A stretch of 64,000 nt of DNA, from the NCBI GenBank assembly GCA_027923505.1, contig BROI01000004.1, positions 744,001 through 808,000 on the forward strand, read 5' to 3'. Each line of letters begins with the position of its first letter. Position 1 is the stretch's first letter. Of the stretch, positions 33,001-43,300 are shown piece after piece. The notes beneath the pieces were generated by a model. It saw nothing but the letters and a program-made list of their open reading frames with translations, did not search any database and was not told the origin of the DNA. Source of the DNA: Mayamaea pseudoterrestris (taxonomy: Eukaryota). A program made the translations under genes and the position numbers.

Positions 33001-33002
33001 AA
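27075..33002 (+). CDS. Formin (FH2 domain) with two CCDC53-like repeats and a long disordered N-terminus
   Basis: FH2: RARLHWKTL..SLW, VIDPKRANNGGIILARL, ILTFGNRLN, AGAFTLDSLLKL..TTFLHYV, LLEYFGD. Repeats KDDPKYAKYFKMLSMGMP and NRDPKYSKYFKMLGIGLP. Confidence 0.92.
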   Translation: MYSTRQPAPISTTRRESSGSRYGSNNGPLSNTSTSSRRHQLALFRHASTKRASAKSMSKTRQHAKQLASMQQQANNADNQQQETVAVDFFADFSAAFPDADATPSMDLFAAAPQQHSSASASFSNGNSSNALLRRRLSKSNNHHKLLHTNDSFASDDYNVNEYSNNNYHHAAATANIDTSFFDENPFAAQQRDLEEEERQKRALSQQAQMMAQAAAKVQERQRRAAAAANANAAVQQQQDDLFQPDWSSQHEATTQRIPAAAASSSPSNKNQNQRTAASFFADQEQKVQQSPAASRSHSQIGSGNAAATYNHSPVSAGSSSYNNNQHNVVLSGGAAARRRVRSQMKKSGNGGGGSSVGESDATNYSHSPASSSKHLQSPPQSPLMLNSPALKSAQQQQQQQRWQLQQQQYNNHQHSDASSIGASSTGSRSQYLPHPRSVTGSTRSITSSTASSSGQNDIFDTKHPDGGFRFDAFGLDESQINYEVTQAMQEIAHQNPNISFFMDNDDFANSNVWDNVSPNQSRASTPTKDEQDGFVDGFRVNKLGGLRQSPTSTERTSLTSDSSGRVNLFKLKAGFHESKPARRVVAAPSTDRRQSLSTRQPQQQQQQQQQDGMQLEMPRLQEPIMRRTKSQDVDFFDPGFESSDAEGFESDVGGTNTSTTADPTEIPSSTDGSVRRHEEKKDDDAGETSKRRPTMEALKSKWSLHSGSAMRMQPNGRPSPRQQQSAASPQLTQPMVSTRQFDAPAASMKEGNYGKRQLEMKNSVQEAVIRPAPSYERREGHQSISSGRSSPVSTHGDSPQHANQYQQQVGGETPNLDEQSNQRQAPYDNAKLDVAPSFESFRDRLRPVGSQDDKFVKAKSEGGAAINMSAVNAVLRRIEIVSPNDSKSDTGVPSPAFAQVKLRRTMIAKMEDTKQEAALAEPKLPTHEPEQQELRQVDEPVQPERKMTYREKRELELQQQREEEERRKADEAALSQNDVASQIRRRVASVAQQNAILPKIPTSHVSGTSLYQNLRSSRPDNEAELMQGDSSTVSRQHAKSIPTFTTPPPSSREPADLVIQPSMSGDFDPSPSKEADAVVSRLLNLKQAEKTAAKQVVPPIDTGEQVYNEKGPNQLHTPKATMMMLNAFLAGREAITSHETGSKTEQPTMIDVGEDDSPESQARVAAGSPTQYPSDLPTLKDDPKYAKYFKMLSMGMPLEVVKHAMTRDGFNPAVMDQDHNKPVGIPLNRDPKYSKYFKMLGIGLPMDAVKHAMERDGLNSSVMDRDHSLPAEAVSSDDLEEPKEKDSHRRARLHWKTLRQVTSNSLWAKIDQDDQLEKILIDEAEFQELFQVVKDEEANTATTTRPKISAKRGVCVIDPKRANNGGIILARLKMSHDEMADAVDRINENALTAEQIEHIIEYLPSKEERKALEAYMLEGGQDAAEKFDRLCECEKFMVSMMTVKHAKRKVRALLFKLQFRTCLEDIYNDTVIVESACDELNNSVRLRQLFGIILTFGNRLNTVGSGKQRRAGAFTLDSLLKLKQAKAFDKKTTFLHYVVLIVRRNNEILLRFKDDLPSVFRADKIFWDQCVNDLEEVENQLENVRKISLHQARQSHTYRLRRKKRDDDAESLSDGEMDLSLEEEVELLRSTPIGMFTLSAIKYVSSLRDKVEVTKTKFARLLEYFGDEDKKLQPHELFSIIGTFSRDFEKANEEVVANEKKKQREERKRQAVSKAGPGRPPTYSPGQKPGSNPLLKASNPEPTMFHVLTEMKAKVAAKEAVPMHPVHPQQLRRIEESPPNGSAGGHERYSSQPIQRPAGHDEQRSPQPVQRQANSSSSSSNAVVNTPEKSSVSGSRRDLPGSTEIQKTPSPIKVAQISPSKTPISRTPSTQEDVKTIPEPKQAPHASPPTATPRAHNILREKAKLRRQRYIQDRSPPPPAATAQEQNIATPPLVRNRSPEANDDGAQPLSPRSSMRLRMEQRVHRNRFSAAGAH

Positions 33003-33184
33003 TAGGAAGTAAGAAATAAGTTGATGTACTTTATCACCATGTCTTTACAAAAAGCATACCCTAGTAGCTGATAAAGTGAAGGACTTTACGCATAGGTCAT
33101 TATGAGTAGAAAAATTGTAACCGCAACCTTGCTTGCAGATGATCCACACAGCGTTACTGCAGCCGTCTACTATACATTGCCAAC

Positions 33185-35014
33185 TTAGCTTCTATAATCG
33201 GCATTGATTGCAACATATTCGTCCGTAAGGTCGGATCCGAGAATGACAGCGTTGCCCTTGCCACTGCCATTGAAATCAACACCAATCTCAACGAACCGCT
33301 GGTGCGGTGGATACACTGATTTTTCGTCGTATTGGGCACTTTTCATATGATCACTGAGCTCCTTTTCAACGTCATCTCCTTCCAGCAAAAATCTGCCATT
33401 TCGGCATATAGTGCGACCACCCAACGACAAGGTGACTTGACTTGTATCGGCCTTTGGGTTGTGCTGTCCCATGTACGAGCCAATCGCTCCAGCAAGTCGA
33501 CCAGTGTTTGGATCATTGCCGGCAATCGCACATTTAAAGAGCGGTGAGTTGACAATGTGTCGCCCCAATCGTCTCGCCTCCAAGTCGCTGCCCGGATAGT
33601 CGGTAATCACCACGCGCATCACATGGCCCGTGCCTTCACCGTTGCGGACCATGTCGGCCGCCAGTCCCTTGCTGATGGACAGGAGCGCCTCGCGAAACTC
33701 GTTTACATCGGTACCTTCCACTTGGTTGGATGCCACCAAGACGCAAGTATCCGAGGTTGACTCTGCTCCGTCGACGGAAATACTGTTGAAGGAAACGTCC
33801 ACAGCTTCCTCAAGCATGCTCTGCAAATTCTTCTTCTTGATATCAGCGTCCGTCATAATGTACGCCAACATGGTTGCCTATTGATGCCATGATAGTGTTT
33901 GTGTGAGTCAATAAAAAATCACTTTACACGCACATACACTTTGTCGCATTGCATACTCACCATGTTTGGTTCAATCATCCCCGCCCCCTTGGCGATGCCA
34001 ACAATCCGCGCACCATTCGACAACGTCTTGGACCTCACTTTGGGCCACCGATCCGTCGTGCAAATTGCCTTGGCCGCATCGAGTGCACTCTCACTGTTCA
34101 ACGCCTCCACGGCTCGTGGCACAATGTCAGACGCCAGTTCCTCCGCCGGAAGTCTCCATCCAATCACGCCCGTGCTGCTCGGCAAGACGTGGTGGCGACT
34201 ATCCAAACCGAGCGCATCGGAAACGGCGCGACACACCATTTCGGCGTCGGCCTGGCCGTCTCCGCCACTGCAAACGTTGGACACCTTGTTGTTAATGACA
34301 ATGGCGGCAAGAGGTTGCTTCTCCTGGACGCGTTGTCGACCAACCAAAATGGGAGCTCCGGGGAACTATGAAAACGTATAGTTTAGTTGTATGAGATTCA
34401 TGCAGTAGATTGCGACAGAAGTAGCAGGAGATTTGGTAAAAAGATGAGATTCATGCAGTAGATTGCGACAGAAGTAGCAGGAGATTTGGTAAAAAGAAAA
34501 GTTTTCGTGGAGGAGGGATCAAGTGTGTGAAACAACCAAATCGTTGTCACTTGGTATCAATCGTTCCAATTCCTATTTACATCAACTAATTCGCTCACTC
34601 ACAAGCACACACAATCGCACACACACTCGCAAATGCCTTATTACGTACCTTGTTACTGGTAAACACTGCCGCCCAGTGCTGCGTCGGTGCCTGCGTCAAA
34701 TGAATGACCGTCGCTCTTATAGGCAACTCTCCTAACGCCGGCGCTTCCCTCGACAAAAACGTGCCCGAGGCTGTCCCCGTGGCGAAGCCGAGCGGCAGTT
34801 TGGAAATTTTTTGCAGGTAATTCAAATAGTCGGCTTCGTTCTCAAAGTCTGGTAACGTTTCGTGCGAGTCAGAGTATAATGTTGTTGATGTTGATGACGA
34901 AAGTGCCGTGTGACGACGCGAAATGCGAGCAGTCGTTGGACTTCGGGCCAATGCAGATTGAAAGGCCCAGCTGGTCGACCGAGCCGTTAGAAAAAATAGA
35001 CTGAGAGTCTTCAT
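33185..35014 (-). CDS. argJ: Ornithine acetyltransferase / bifunctional ArgJ, probably plastid-targeted, 3 exons
   Basis: Exons 35014-34649, 34365-33961, 33877-33185. STGVIG, AICTTD, GIAKGAGMIEPNM|ATML (autoproteolytic Thr), SFNSISVDG..STSD, RNGEG, NSPLFK, DLTDEYVAINADYRS. Presequence ..TSWA-FQ. Confidence 0.93.
34391..34496. repeat. Perfect 53-bp tandem duplication inside argJ intron 1
   Basis: ATGAGATTCATGCAGTAGATTGCGACAGAAGTAGCAGGAGATTTGGTAAAAAG at 34391 and 34444. Confidence 0.95.
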
Positions 35015-35328
35015 TGTCAAATGTCGATTTGGTGCGTCTATATTATGCAGCGATCGGCTTTAACAACCAAGGCTTGGAATGAAGCTTGTGATGGGCGCGG
35101 ATCTTTGCATCGGATCCCTCGTTTTAAGCCCGAAACCCCAAGTGCGTCAAGCGTGACGCCCGCGAGGATCGAGCTTCAAGAATCGTCGTCACGCGGTCGG
35201 CATCCTCCGGCTGCAGGCTGCTTGCTGTTCGAAGAATCGTTTGAAGTAGTCTTGTAAACACATTCCATTACAACTACTATACCTGCATTCATTCAATCAC
35301 TATGCACTGCCACGTTTCTACAAACTCC

Positions 35329-35784
35329 ATGGTTTGCCTAGCGACAACGCTGCTGCTAGTCTTGGTGTCTTCATCGTTTGCCTTTGCTCCGCTTCCTTTG
35401 GTTCATGGAACAATTTCTGCCTCTACAAGATCAACCTCCGCTCGACACGCCGTATTAAGCATTGACAATGAAGCTACCTTTGACCAAACGATTAGTGCGA
35501 ACAAAATGGTGGTCATTGACTACAGCACCACGTGGTGCGGTCCCTGCAAGGTGATTGCCCCCAAGTTTGACGAACTCTCCAACAAGTACACGCAGGCAAC
35601 CTTTGTCAAGGTCATTGGCGACGCCAGTCCGGAGGCCAGCAAGCTCATGAAGCGGGAGGGTGTCAGGAGTGTTCCGAGCTTTCACTACTTTGTCAATGGT
35701 GAAAAGGTGGATGTGGTGAATGGAGCGAACGCGGAGGCGATTGAAGCGGCCATTTCGAAACATGTCATGGCGGTTTCGGGTTAG
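35329..35784 (+). CDS. Plastid thioredoxin (f-type-like)
   Basis: Signal peptide + SFA-FAP, then VIDYSTTWCGPCK and GVRSVPSFHY. Confidence 0.88.
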   Translation: MVCLATTLLLVLVSSSFAFAPLPLVHGTISASTRSTSARHAVLSIDNEATFDQTISANKMVVIDYSTTWCGPCKVIAPKFDELSNKYTQATFVKVIGDASPEASKLMKREGVRSVPSFHYFVNGEKVDVVNGANAEAIEAAISKHVMAVSG

Positions 35785-36396
35785 ACATTTAAGATGGGTG
35801 ATGGAAAAAGGAGGATACATTGGGATTGAAGAAATTGGTGCTGGAGTACAGTAGGTGGATTGGCGTGATGGTGAAAGTCGATTGAAATATTGTAGCTGTG
35901 CTTGGAGCAACTTGGATGAGGGAGAAGGTTTGTGTTATTAGTTAACATTTAAGTCACCAATAAAAGGTCAGTAACAAAAAGGAAGATGGAGTGTAGTAGG
36001 CAGTATGATATAGCAAATCGTTGATCCGTGCATTTGCAGCGAGCTGCGCTGCAACCGGTACAACTCGTGGGTATGCCTCCGCCTTTAGGTCAACGGGCTA
36101 CCCAGATATTAGTATACGTAGAATAACGAAACGTCAACCCGCGAGCATAAGATTGCGACTTGATTGTTTGTAGCACATGTTTTCCGGAAATCGATGGTAC
36201 GGGGCTATTGGACTTTACTTACACCTTACCCATTCTTTTATCTTAGCCTTTGGCGACGCTCGTCGTCGCAGAGACTCCATAAATGCCGGATTAGGTTGAT
36301 AAAACGATCTGTAGGTATCGGTCGATGTAGCTTTTTAAGAAGGTGTACCGATAAGCTATATATACTTGTACTTGCGCAGTATCAGCGTACATTATG

Positions 36397-37778
36397 TTAG
36401 CACTTGGTAGAAACGACGCTCCAAAAGAAGGAAGCTAGCACTTGGTACCAGTCGCCGCCCATGTGAATATTGTCATGATGTTCAGCTAACCGCGATGCTT
36501 CCAAAACGTCCATGAATACAGTATTCAACTCTGGCATTCGCTCCACAATTTCTTGGACACCCGCATTCCAAGATCTGGTTTGATTGACTGTTTGTGGATA
36601 TGGAAATGGCTCAGTCTGTTTTGGCGCGGTTGCTCCAAGCCAAATAATACTTTCGCAGTGGGAGTTCAAGACTCCAAGGTACCATTCAACGTTTGCCAAA
36701 TACTTTTCTCGTGTCATGTTTTGGATACCAGCATCGTGGTGAGCCGTGCTGACGATACAGTATGGCTTGCCCCAATCACGGACAAGACCATCAGAGTTGT
36801 AGCTGGCATTTATAAAGACAGCATTGTTTTCTTGTGTCGTCGTAAACAAATCGCTTTGCATTTCCACATCGCGGGCAAACTCTGCTTTGATAAATCCACC
36901 ATAGACAAGAGATGAATTCTGCTGCTTCAATGGGTCCTGCACATTGTCGGCCCTTTGTATGGTATCAAGGCAAGATTGTGACTCGTTGGCTAGCGAACAG
37001 ACGCGTACAGTCGTTCTGCATTGTGCCTGTAAATGGAGTTGAGCAGATGTTGAATGTTAGCGAAGAGGCAGCCAGCAGTCGCCAATACATTTTTGATCAT
37101 AGTACGTACACAGTCACTGCAAAAATGATGTGTCAAACCAAACACCACAGGCCCTTCGCCCAAGTCAAGATTGGGAGGTCTCCAAACATTGTTGGCTGGG
37201 TACTGAAGCCCATATGCAAGATTGCTCCGGCAGTGAGAGCCAAATCGAAAGCTGCATGAATATAGGCCTGGACAAACTGAATCAAGATTGGCAACAAATT
37301 GGTCCTCTTTGAAGTGATCTTGAAGGTCCTTGAACAGACGATTAGGTCCCACCGTGGAATCGCCAAAGAATAAAACCCGACGTCCCAGTCTGTCACTTTT
37401 GTGCGAACAAAGGCGAGAGACTATCAATTCACGGCACTCTGTATCATTATGTGTAGGCGACCATGTACATGATGAAGAAGGTTTTGCGGGAGATGCAGTG
37501 TCTGGTGTCGTCGGGAAGGCTTCTAGGATTCCTTCAGACTGCGAGAATGCTGCGTCGGATACACTCGCTTGGTCATTCAATGTAATGATAGAGGGGGCTT
37601 TCCCATTTATATACTTGGCCGAAATTTGCGTCTTCCAGCGGATTACCGACAGGGTGCGGCCGACGCTGCCGTCGTCAACGACAATCCAGACAATGTTCAA
37701 AAGGACGACAAAGAGCAGGATAGCTATAAATGCAGGTCGTGAGACGCTGAATCTACTATTAGACGTAGGATCCATCAT
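36397..37778 (-). CDS. Type II membrane SGNH/PC-esterase-like protein, 2 exons
   Basis: N-terminal TM, RVLFFGDST (GDS) and HHDNIH (DxxH). Intron 37109-37027 (GTACGT..GCTAAC..TTTACAG) joins the two ORFs in frame (FCSDC|AQCRTT). Confidence 0.8.
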
Positions 37779-38039
37779 GGTCAGCTTTTCAAAGTCGGTC
37801 GTTGTGGAAGCAAGAGGTGCAGTTGTCGTGCAAGATTCAAAACGTTTGAAAACGTTGCAACGGCATGGCAGGCTGGCTCGTGACTATGGCAAAGAGTGCA
37901 AACGGGCCGAAACAAAACTAACAACAATCACCAATCAAAACGCTTTGATTTTTTGCCACGATCAAACACATGAAATCAATAATAACGATGTGACATTTTC
38001 ATTTACTCCGTTTCAACTTTTTCAACCATCATCGTCACC

Positions 38040-39914
38040 ATGGTGAATGGCGTGCAGAGACCTGCATGCTTGGTAAACAGGAACGTTCGTTGCTGCTCTT
38101 TCCTATTTCTGATAGCCTTGTCGCATTTGGGTTTATCAGCGAATTCATATACTACGTGTGGTCCGTTTATAAAGAGACCGTCGATCTCGTCATCAGGTGA
38201 TGCCTTCATGTTCCATACCTGTATCTTCAATAGCAGAATAGTTAAAGACTCGACATTTAGACTGTGCAGACGATCATCTGTTGCTTGCAATAAACGTCAC
38301 TCGAGTCAAAGCTTCAAGCGAGCCATGATGACGTCGTCCTCCTCCTCCGGCGATGACCCATCACGCGATAGCGATTACTATTCACTCGACAATCTCCGTA
38401 CTCGCATGCAAGCCTTTGTGCTAAAGCAGCAGCAAGAGATTGAAAGCAGCAGGATACAGCTAGCAGTAGCTCTTGCAGGAGGCGGCTCGCACTTTCTATC
38501 GACCCTGACATCAACGCCGGGTGCGTCCACTGTTTTGCTGGAAGGAACTGTGACCTATGATCGCGCCTCCTATTGGGATTACGTCGAAAACAGTAGTGAC
38601 AATGACGCATTGATAATACTTGATGGAGACGAAACTTTTCGTTATGCGTCTCTTAAAGCGTCACGATTACTCGGGGCTGCAACCATGCGACGAGCCGTTT
38701 ACTTGACGGCCAAAGGTGACAAGCTGCACGTTCCATCGATAGTACAAGTTTCGACTGCTCCACAAGCAAGCTCACAAGATATTACAACGCGAATGGGTCA
38801 ATCCATGGGAATTGCCATGACGAGCAAACTACAATCTACAAGTAAATGGCCGAGTCGAGCCTATGTTGTCGTGGAGCGGCAGAATGGTCCTTCATTGACA
38901 ATCGAAGCAACCTTGAGCAGCAGCAGTGCTCGGACTAGACTGGAGGAGGATGTCTTTGTGAGTCATATGCTATTGACGTGTCTGGAGAAGGCGCTTAATG
39001 AAGATGATGACACTTTAAATGGCAATGTTGTAAAAGCAAACGGCAAAGACCACGACAGAATCGTCACGACTGATTGCGGCGATGTGCTGGCAATCTCGGT
39101 ACCGCCCAAGATTGATCCCCAGCAGGCGGTCGCTGATGCTATTCACCGCATACTGTCGCAAGGCGAGTCGTGTGTCATGCTCATCCCTGATTACAGCACG
39201 AGTAGAGTCATTGGCAGCAATGGCAATACACTGCACTGGAAACCACTTGCAGCGCCATCATTACCACCCAAATCATTAGTAGTGTCGGGAAGCTTCAATC
39301 CGCCGCATGTGGGTCACATTGGACTTGCTCGAGCGGCACTCGACGCAACGACTTGTCCGACAGTTTGGTTTGAGCTGGCGCTGACCAACGCTGACAAGGT
39401 GAACGATTGGACCGTCGAGCAAGTGTTAAATCGTCTGAATGGATTTGCCACGCTTCTACCAGACCCACAAACTAATCCTTTCTCATGGGGCGTAATTTTG
39501 ACCAACAATGCTCCATTGTTCGTCGACAAGGCATATTTGTTGGATCCGCTCCAGGCAAAGTCCAAATTGAAGCGACTCGCTGGCCAAGAGCAGTTGCATT
39601 TTGTGATTGGGACAGACACGTTAGTGCGCATGGTAGACCCAAAGTATTACGACAACTCTCGAGATGAGATGCTAGATACACTTGCCAGAATGCCATGTCG
39701 CTTTGTGGTGGGTGGCCGACTGCAACAAAACAAAGATGCTAATAACGGGCAGCTGGAAGTGTTTGTCACTGGAAAGGAGCAAGTGGACGAGTTGCCAAAT
39801 GAACTTAAAGACAAGTTCGTTCTACTACCACACTTCCGGATGGATATAAGCTCAACAGAGTTAAGGAAACGAATGGCCGCGATAGGCAAAGGCAATGAAG
39901 CGCAACGGAACTGA
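38040..39914 (+). CDS. CinA/PncC-like N-terminal domain fused to an HxGH nucleotidyltransferase (NMNAT-like); start uncertain
   Basis: LAGGGS..TPGASTVLLEGTVTY (CinA-like), then SGSFNPPHVGH, NADK, FVIGTDTLVR, DISSTELR. Confidence 0.78.
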   Translation: MVNGVQRPACLVNRNVRCCSFLFLIALSHLGLSANSYTTCGPFIKRPSISSSGDAFMFHTCIFNSRIVKDSTFRLCRRSSVACNKRHSSQSFKRAMMTSSSSSGDDPSRDSDYYSLDNLRTRMQAFVLKQQQEIESSRIQLAVALAGGGSHFLSTLTSTPGASTVLLEGTVTYDRASYWDYVENSSDNDALIILDGDETFRYASLKASRLLGAATMRRAVYLTAKGDKLHVPSIVQVSTAPQASSQDITTRMGQSMGIAMTSKLQSTSKWPSRAYVVVERQNGPSLTIEATLSSSSARTRLEEDVFVSHMLLTCLEKALNEDDDTLNGNVVKANGKDHDRIVTTDCGDVLAISVPPKIDPQQAVADAIHRILSQGESCVMLIPDYSTSRVIGSNGNTLHWKPLAAPSLPPKSLVVSGSFNPPHVGHIGLARAALDATTCPTVWFELALTNADKVNDWTVEQVLNRLNGFATLLPDPQTNPFSWGVILTNNAPLFVDKAYLLDPLQAKSKLKRLAGQEQLHFVIGTDTLVRMVDPKYYDNSRDEMLDTLARMPCRFVVGGRLQQNKDANNGQLEVFVTGKEQVDELPNELKDKFVLLPHFRMDISSTELRKRMAAIGKGNEAQRN

Positions 39915-40305
39915 AGTAACGAGACGTATTCCTATCAGGAGTAGACGGCAGCGAGCAGCGATTGGACTTTGGCTGATGCTTCACGCCAAGGCAGCAAGAT
40001 TACATCTGTATTTACCTTTATTTTGCCAACTATCGCTATGCTTAAATTATCAAGCATAGCCATGTTGTTTTAGCTACCTACCGGTTCCCCTCGTCTACGC
40101 AACCAAGCGCAGAAGCTTGTGACGCACGCGTATAACGATAATAACCGTCAATTAACGTCAAGATCCGGCGCGAGCGAATCAAAGGCGCGCGACAATGGAA
40201 ATCATCGATCCATTCATCCCATCACAAATTACCCACCCGCACCTCTTTCGCCTTCCTTTTGGTCACGCACAGTGAAGACATAATATTTCTTCGACACATG
40301 ACAGA

Positions 40306-43300
40306 ATGAAACTACCCTTTCATCTACTAATTGCACTAGCATCTGCTTCGCTTGTCGCCTCTTTTCAGCCACTCTGTCACACTCCTTTTAATCAAAATGT
40401 ATGCTCCCCAACATCAAGACGCAGTCAATTATTCTTCAAGGGCGCTCCACCCGATTTTGCAAATGATTACGACGATGCCAAAGATGAGGGTAAAGAGAAT
40501 GGAGATGATATGATTCAAAGCATGGCCAAGTTCTTGGCTGTCAGGTTGGGGCGGTCGCTCGTTAAAAACAAGTCCCTCGCGTCACAACAGGAAAAAGCTA
40601 TAGTCGAAGCACCTCAATCTCCTACTGAACCGATACTTGCCGCTAACGAGACGACTGAAGCTGAATTAACAATACACAATGAAACAATAGAAGAAGAACA
40701 ACTGATAGCTGAGCAGCAAGCAGAAGCGAATGCAGAAATGGAAATAAGCGAGCTGCAGCACGAAAAGGAAGGCGATCGGAACCTCGCTATAGTCGACGAA
40801 TTCACTCCAGATACACTTGATGTGACTGTCGATGACAAGCTTGAACAAGATTCGAGTGCGACAGGCGCATCAGAAAGTGTGTCTGCACTCCCAGATACAA
40901 TAGATCCAGATACGGTGCCAGAGACGGTTATAGATCCAATGGAGCCTCAGCGGCAGAGCGTTCCGGAGGTTGTTTCGCGCGAGTTTGGAAAGCCACTGGA
41001 AGTCATGGAGAAGCAAGACACGCCACTAAAGGAGCGCCCCAAGAAACAAACGAAAAAGACCAAGAATCAGAGGAAGAAGGAGGCAAAGAAGGAGAGTGTT
41101 GCATCTTCGTCGGGATCGGCGTCATTGACGCAGATGGAGACGAAGGCTACGACTGCCGCTGACAATGCAACGCATACTAAGACTTCGTTTAGCACTTCAT
41201 CTGAAGCTATCACAGCCGCCAATACCTCCAAGATTGACGCAGCTCGAACGGAGGCGCTAGGAACGAACATTACTACTGCCTCTTCTTCCGCATCGACCTC
41301 AAGCGTTTCCGATGCCGCAGCACATGACGCATCTCCTAACGCCACTGCCGCTATAATAGCACCTAACAACACATCTGCGGTTATATCAGAACCCGACGCT
41401 ATCATTGATCCCGAAGAAGAAATTTTGTCTGCGCTGGCATCCAATGCAAGCGCTGATTCCAGTCACAGTATCGATACATCACGACGCAACACGACCTCGG
41501 ACGACACTGCTGCCATTGACGATACCGAAGATCCTCCAAAGCTGCTACCACCCACAATTGATACAACGGCTTTAACGGAATCGGCTAATGAGTATGAGAT
41601 GGACGCCCCGGACGAAATACTAGCTGACGGTGCAGACGTAAAGTCAAATTTTATAAGAGAGAGTAAAAGCTCCAACGCTCTAAATGACACGTTGGAACCG
41701 GCAGACGCTGAAAATAAAATATTGGAAGCAAATATAAACGTGATGGTGGAATCCATTGACGCACTCAAGCCCGATTCACAGGATTTAAACTCCGCTAGTG
41801 CGCCGGCAAGTGGAATGACCGCCTCTCTATTGGCGGAGTTGGCTGAGGCAGATACTTTAGCTTCAGCCGAGCCAGTAATGCCAGCTCATGCAAACACTAC
41901 AGCAAATACGGCAAAGATAGAAGACGCTCGAGAAACTAGCTTAAAAGTCTCACCAAACGCTTTGTTAAAAGAGGCGGCAGATGCTGTTGCAACCAACAAA
42001 AACACAACAGCTTCGAACATTTCTCTCGTTGCAGAAGCTGCAGCGGCCACAGTAACGACGAGAGAAGTGGATACTACATTAAGGAATAAATATTTACAAT
42101 CTACTGCCGCTAGTAAGGGTTCGAATCAAATTTTCGCCGACGATGCACTAAACACCGAGTCGACGGTGGAGTCAATGTCGTCAGATACCGGATCTGCGAA
42201 GAAGGAGGACGAGACTGGAAACGCGGGTCAAGATGCACCTGCAGGGAGTGATGCCAGCATTGCTGCTTCGTTAAATGCATCTGCTATAGACTCTACGAGT
42301 ACATCCATGTCTTTATCAACTCAATTGCCTGAGCGATCGAATACTTCCTATGTTTCTCGAGCGACACCAGGAGGTGCAGTGTGGAGAAGTGTATCAAATG
42401 AACCGGCAAGTCACATATCTATGACGGAACTTCCCCGGACATTTTCAGATTCTTTGTTAGATGCTGATCCGCAACAACTTGATGGTCCCACGCCGGCAAA
42501 TGAAACTGAACCCACACAAAACAGAACGCATCACGTCAATTTGACAATGTCGACGACTGCTGGGTCAGTCAATGCTAGTGATATCTCGCAGACCAAGTGT
42601 GCAACTCACAGATCCTTGGATCCACATGAGCCACTGGCGAGCGACTGCGAACCAATCGACCCAACGGTACAGGCTAAGAACAAACAAAATGCGACAATAA
42701 AATCATCGTTTGCCCCGTTTGGTGTCAAGAAAAAGGCGATGGTCTCTGGATTGGGCGTCGGGTACCTTGGTAACATTGCGGAGCCTACGACGAAGTCGCA
42801 CACTGCTCTGCCTTTAGAACCCAATGCGAACTTACCGACAAACGAGATATTCACAGCAGCAGATACGATGCACAAAAACGATATAATTGTACCAAATGCA
42901 CCCCTGGAGACGATCGATAATGTGACTGTTGTTAATGCCACTGCAGATTTCATAGGCGACAAAAGTGGGGCTACAAAACAATCATATACACCATTCGGAG
43001 TCAATTCCAAAATACCATACTCCGGTATTGGCAGCGGTTTGTTGAGCGGGATGAGCAAGGGCGCTTCGATGTCTCGCCCAGCAGCTGCCGAGACGTCATT
43101 ATCAGCCGTTGTGACGACGCCACACGCGGCAGATTCGTTGGCTGCAAGTGCGGAAGTTGATGCAAGAGTGCCGGAGCTGAACGGTCCAAACAGGAATACT
43201 CGTTCTCCCTCGTCGCCTGATGCGTCTGCATTGGGAGTAAGTTTTGTTGAGCCAGGATACGTCGAAATGTCTCGCGCGACCGTTAAGACCGCCCATCCAT

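Noticed and set aside
36397..37778. Frameshifted pseudogene (two ORFs)
   Set aside because: An 83-nt canonical intron joins them in frame.
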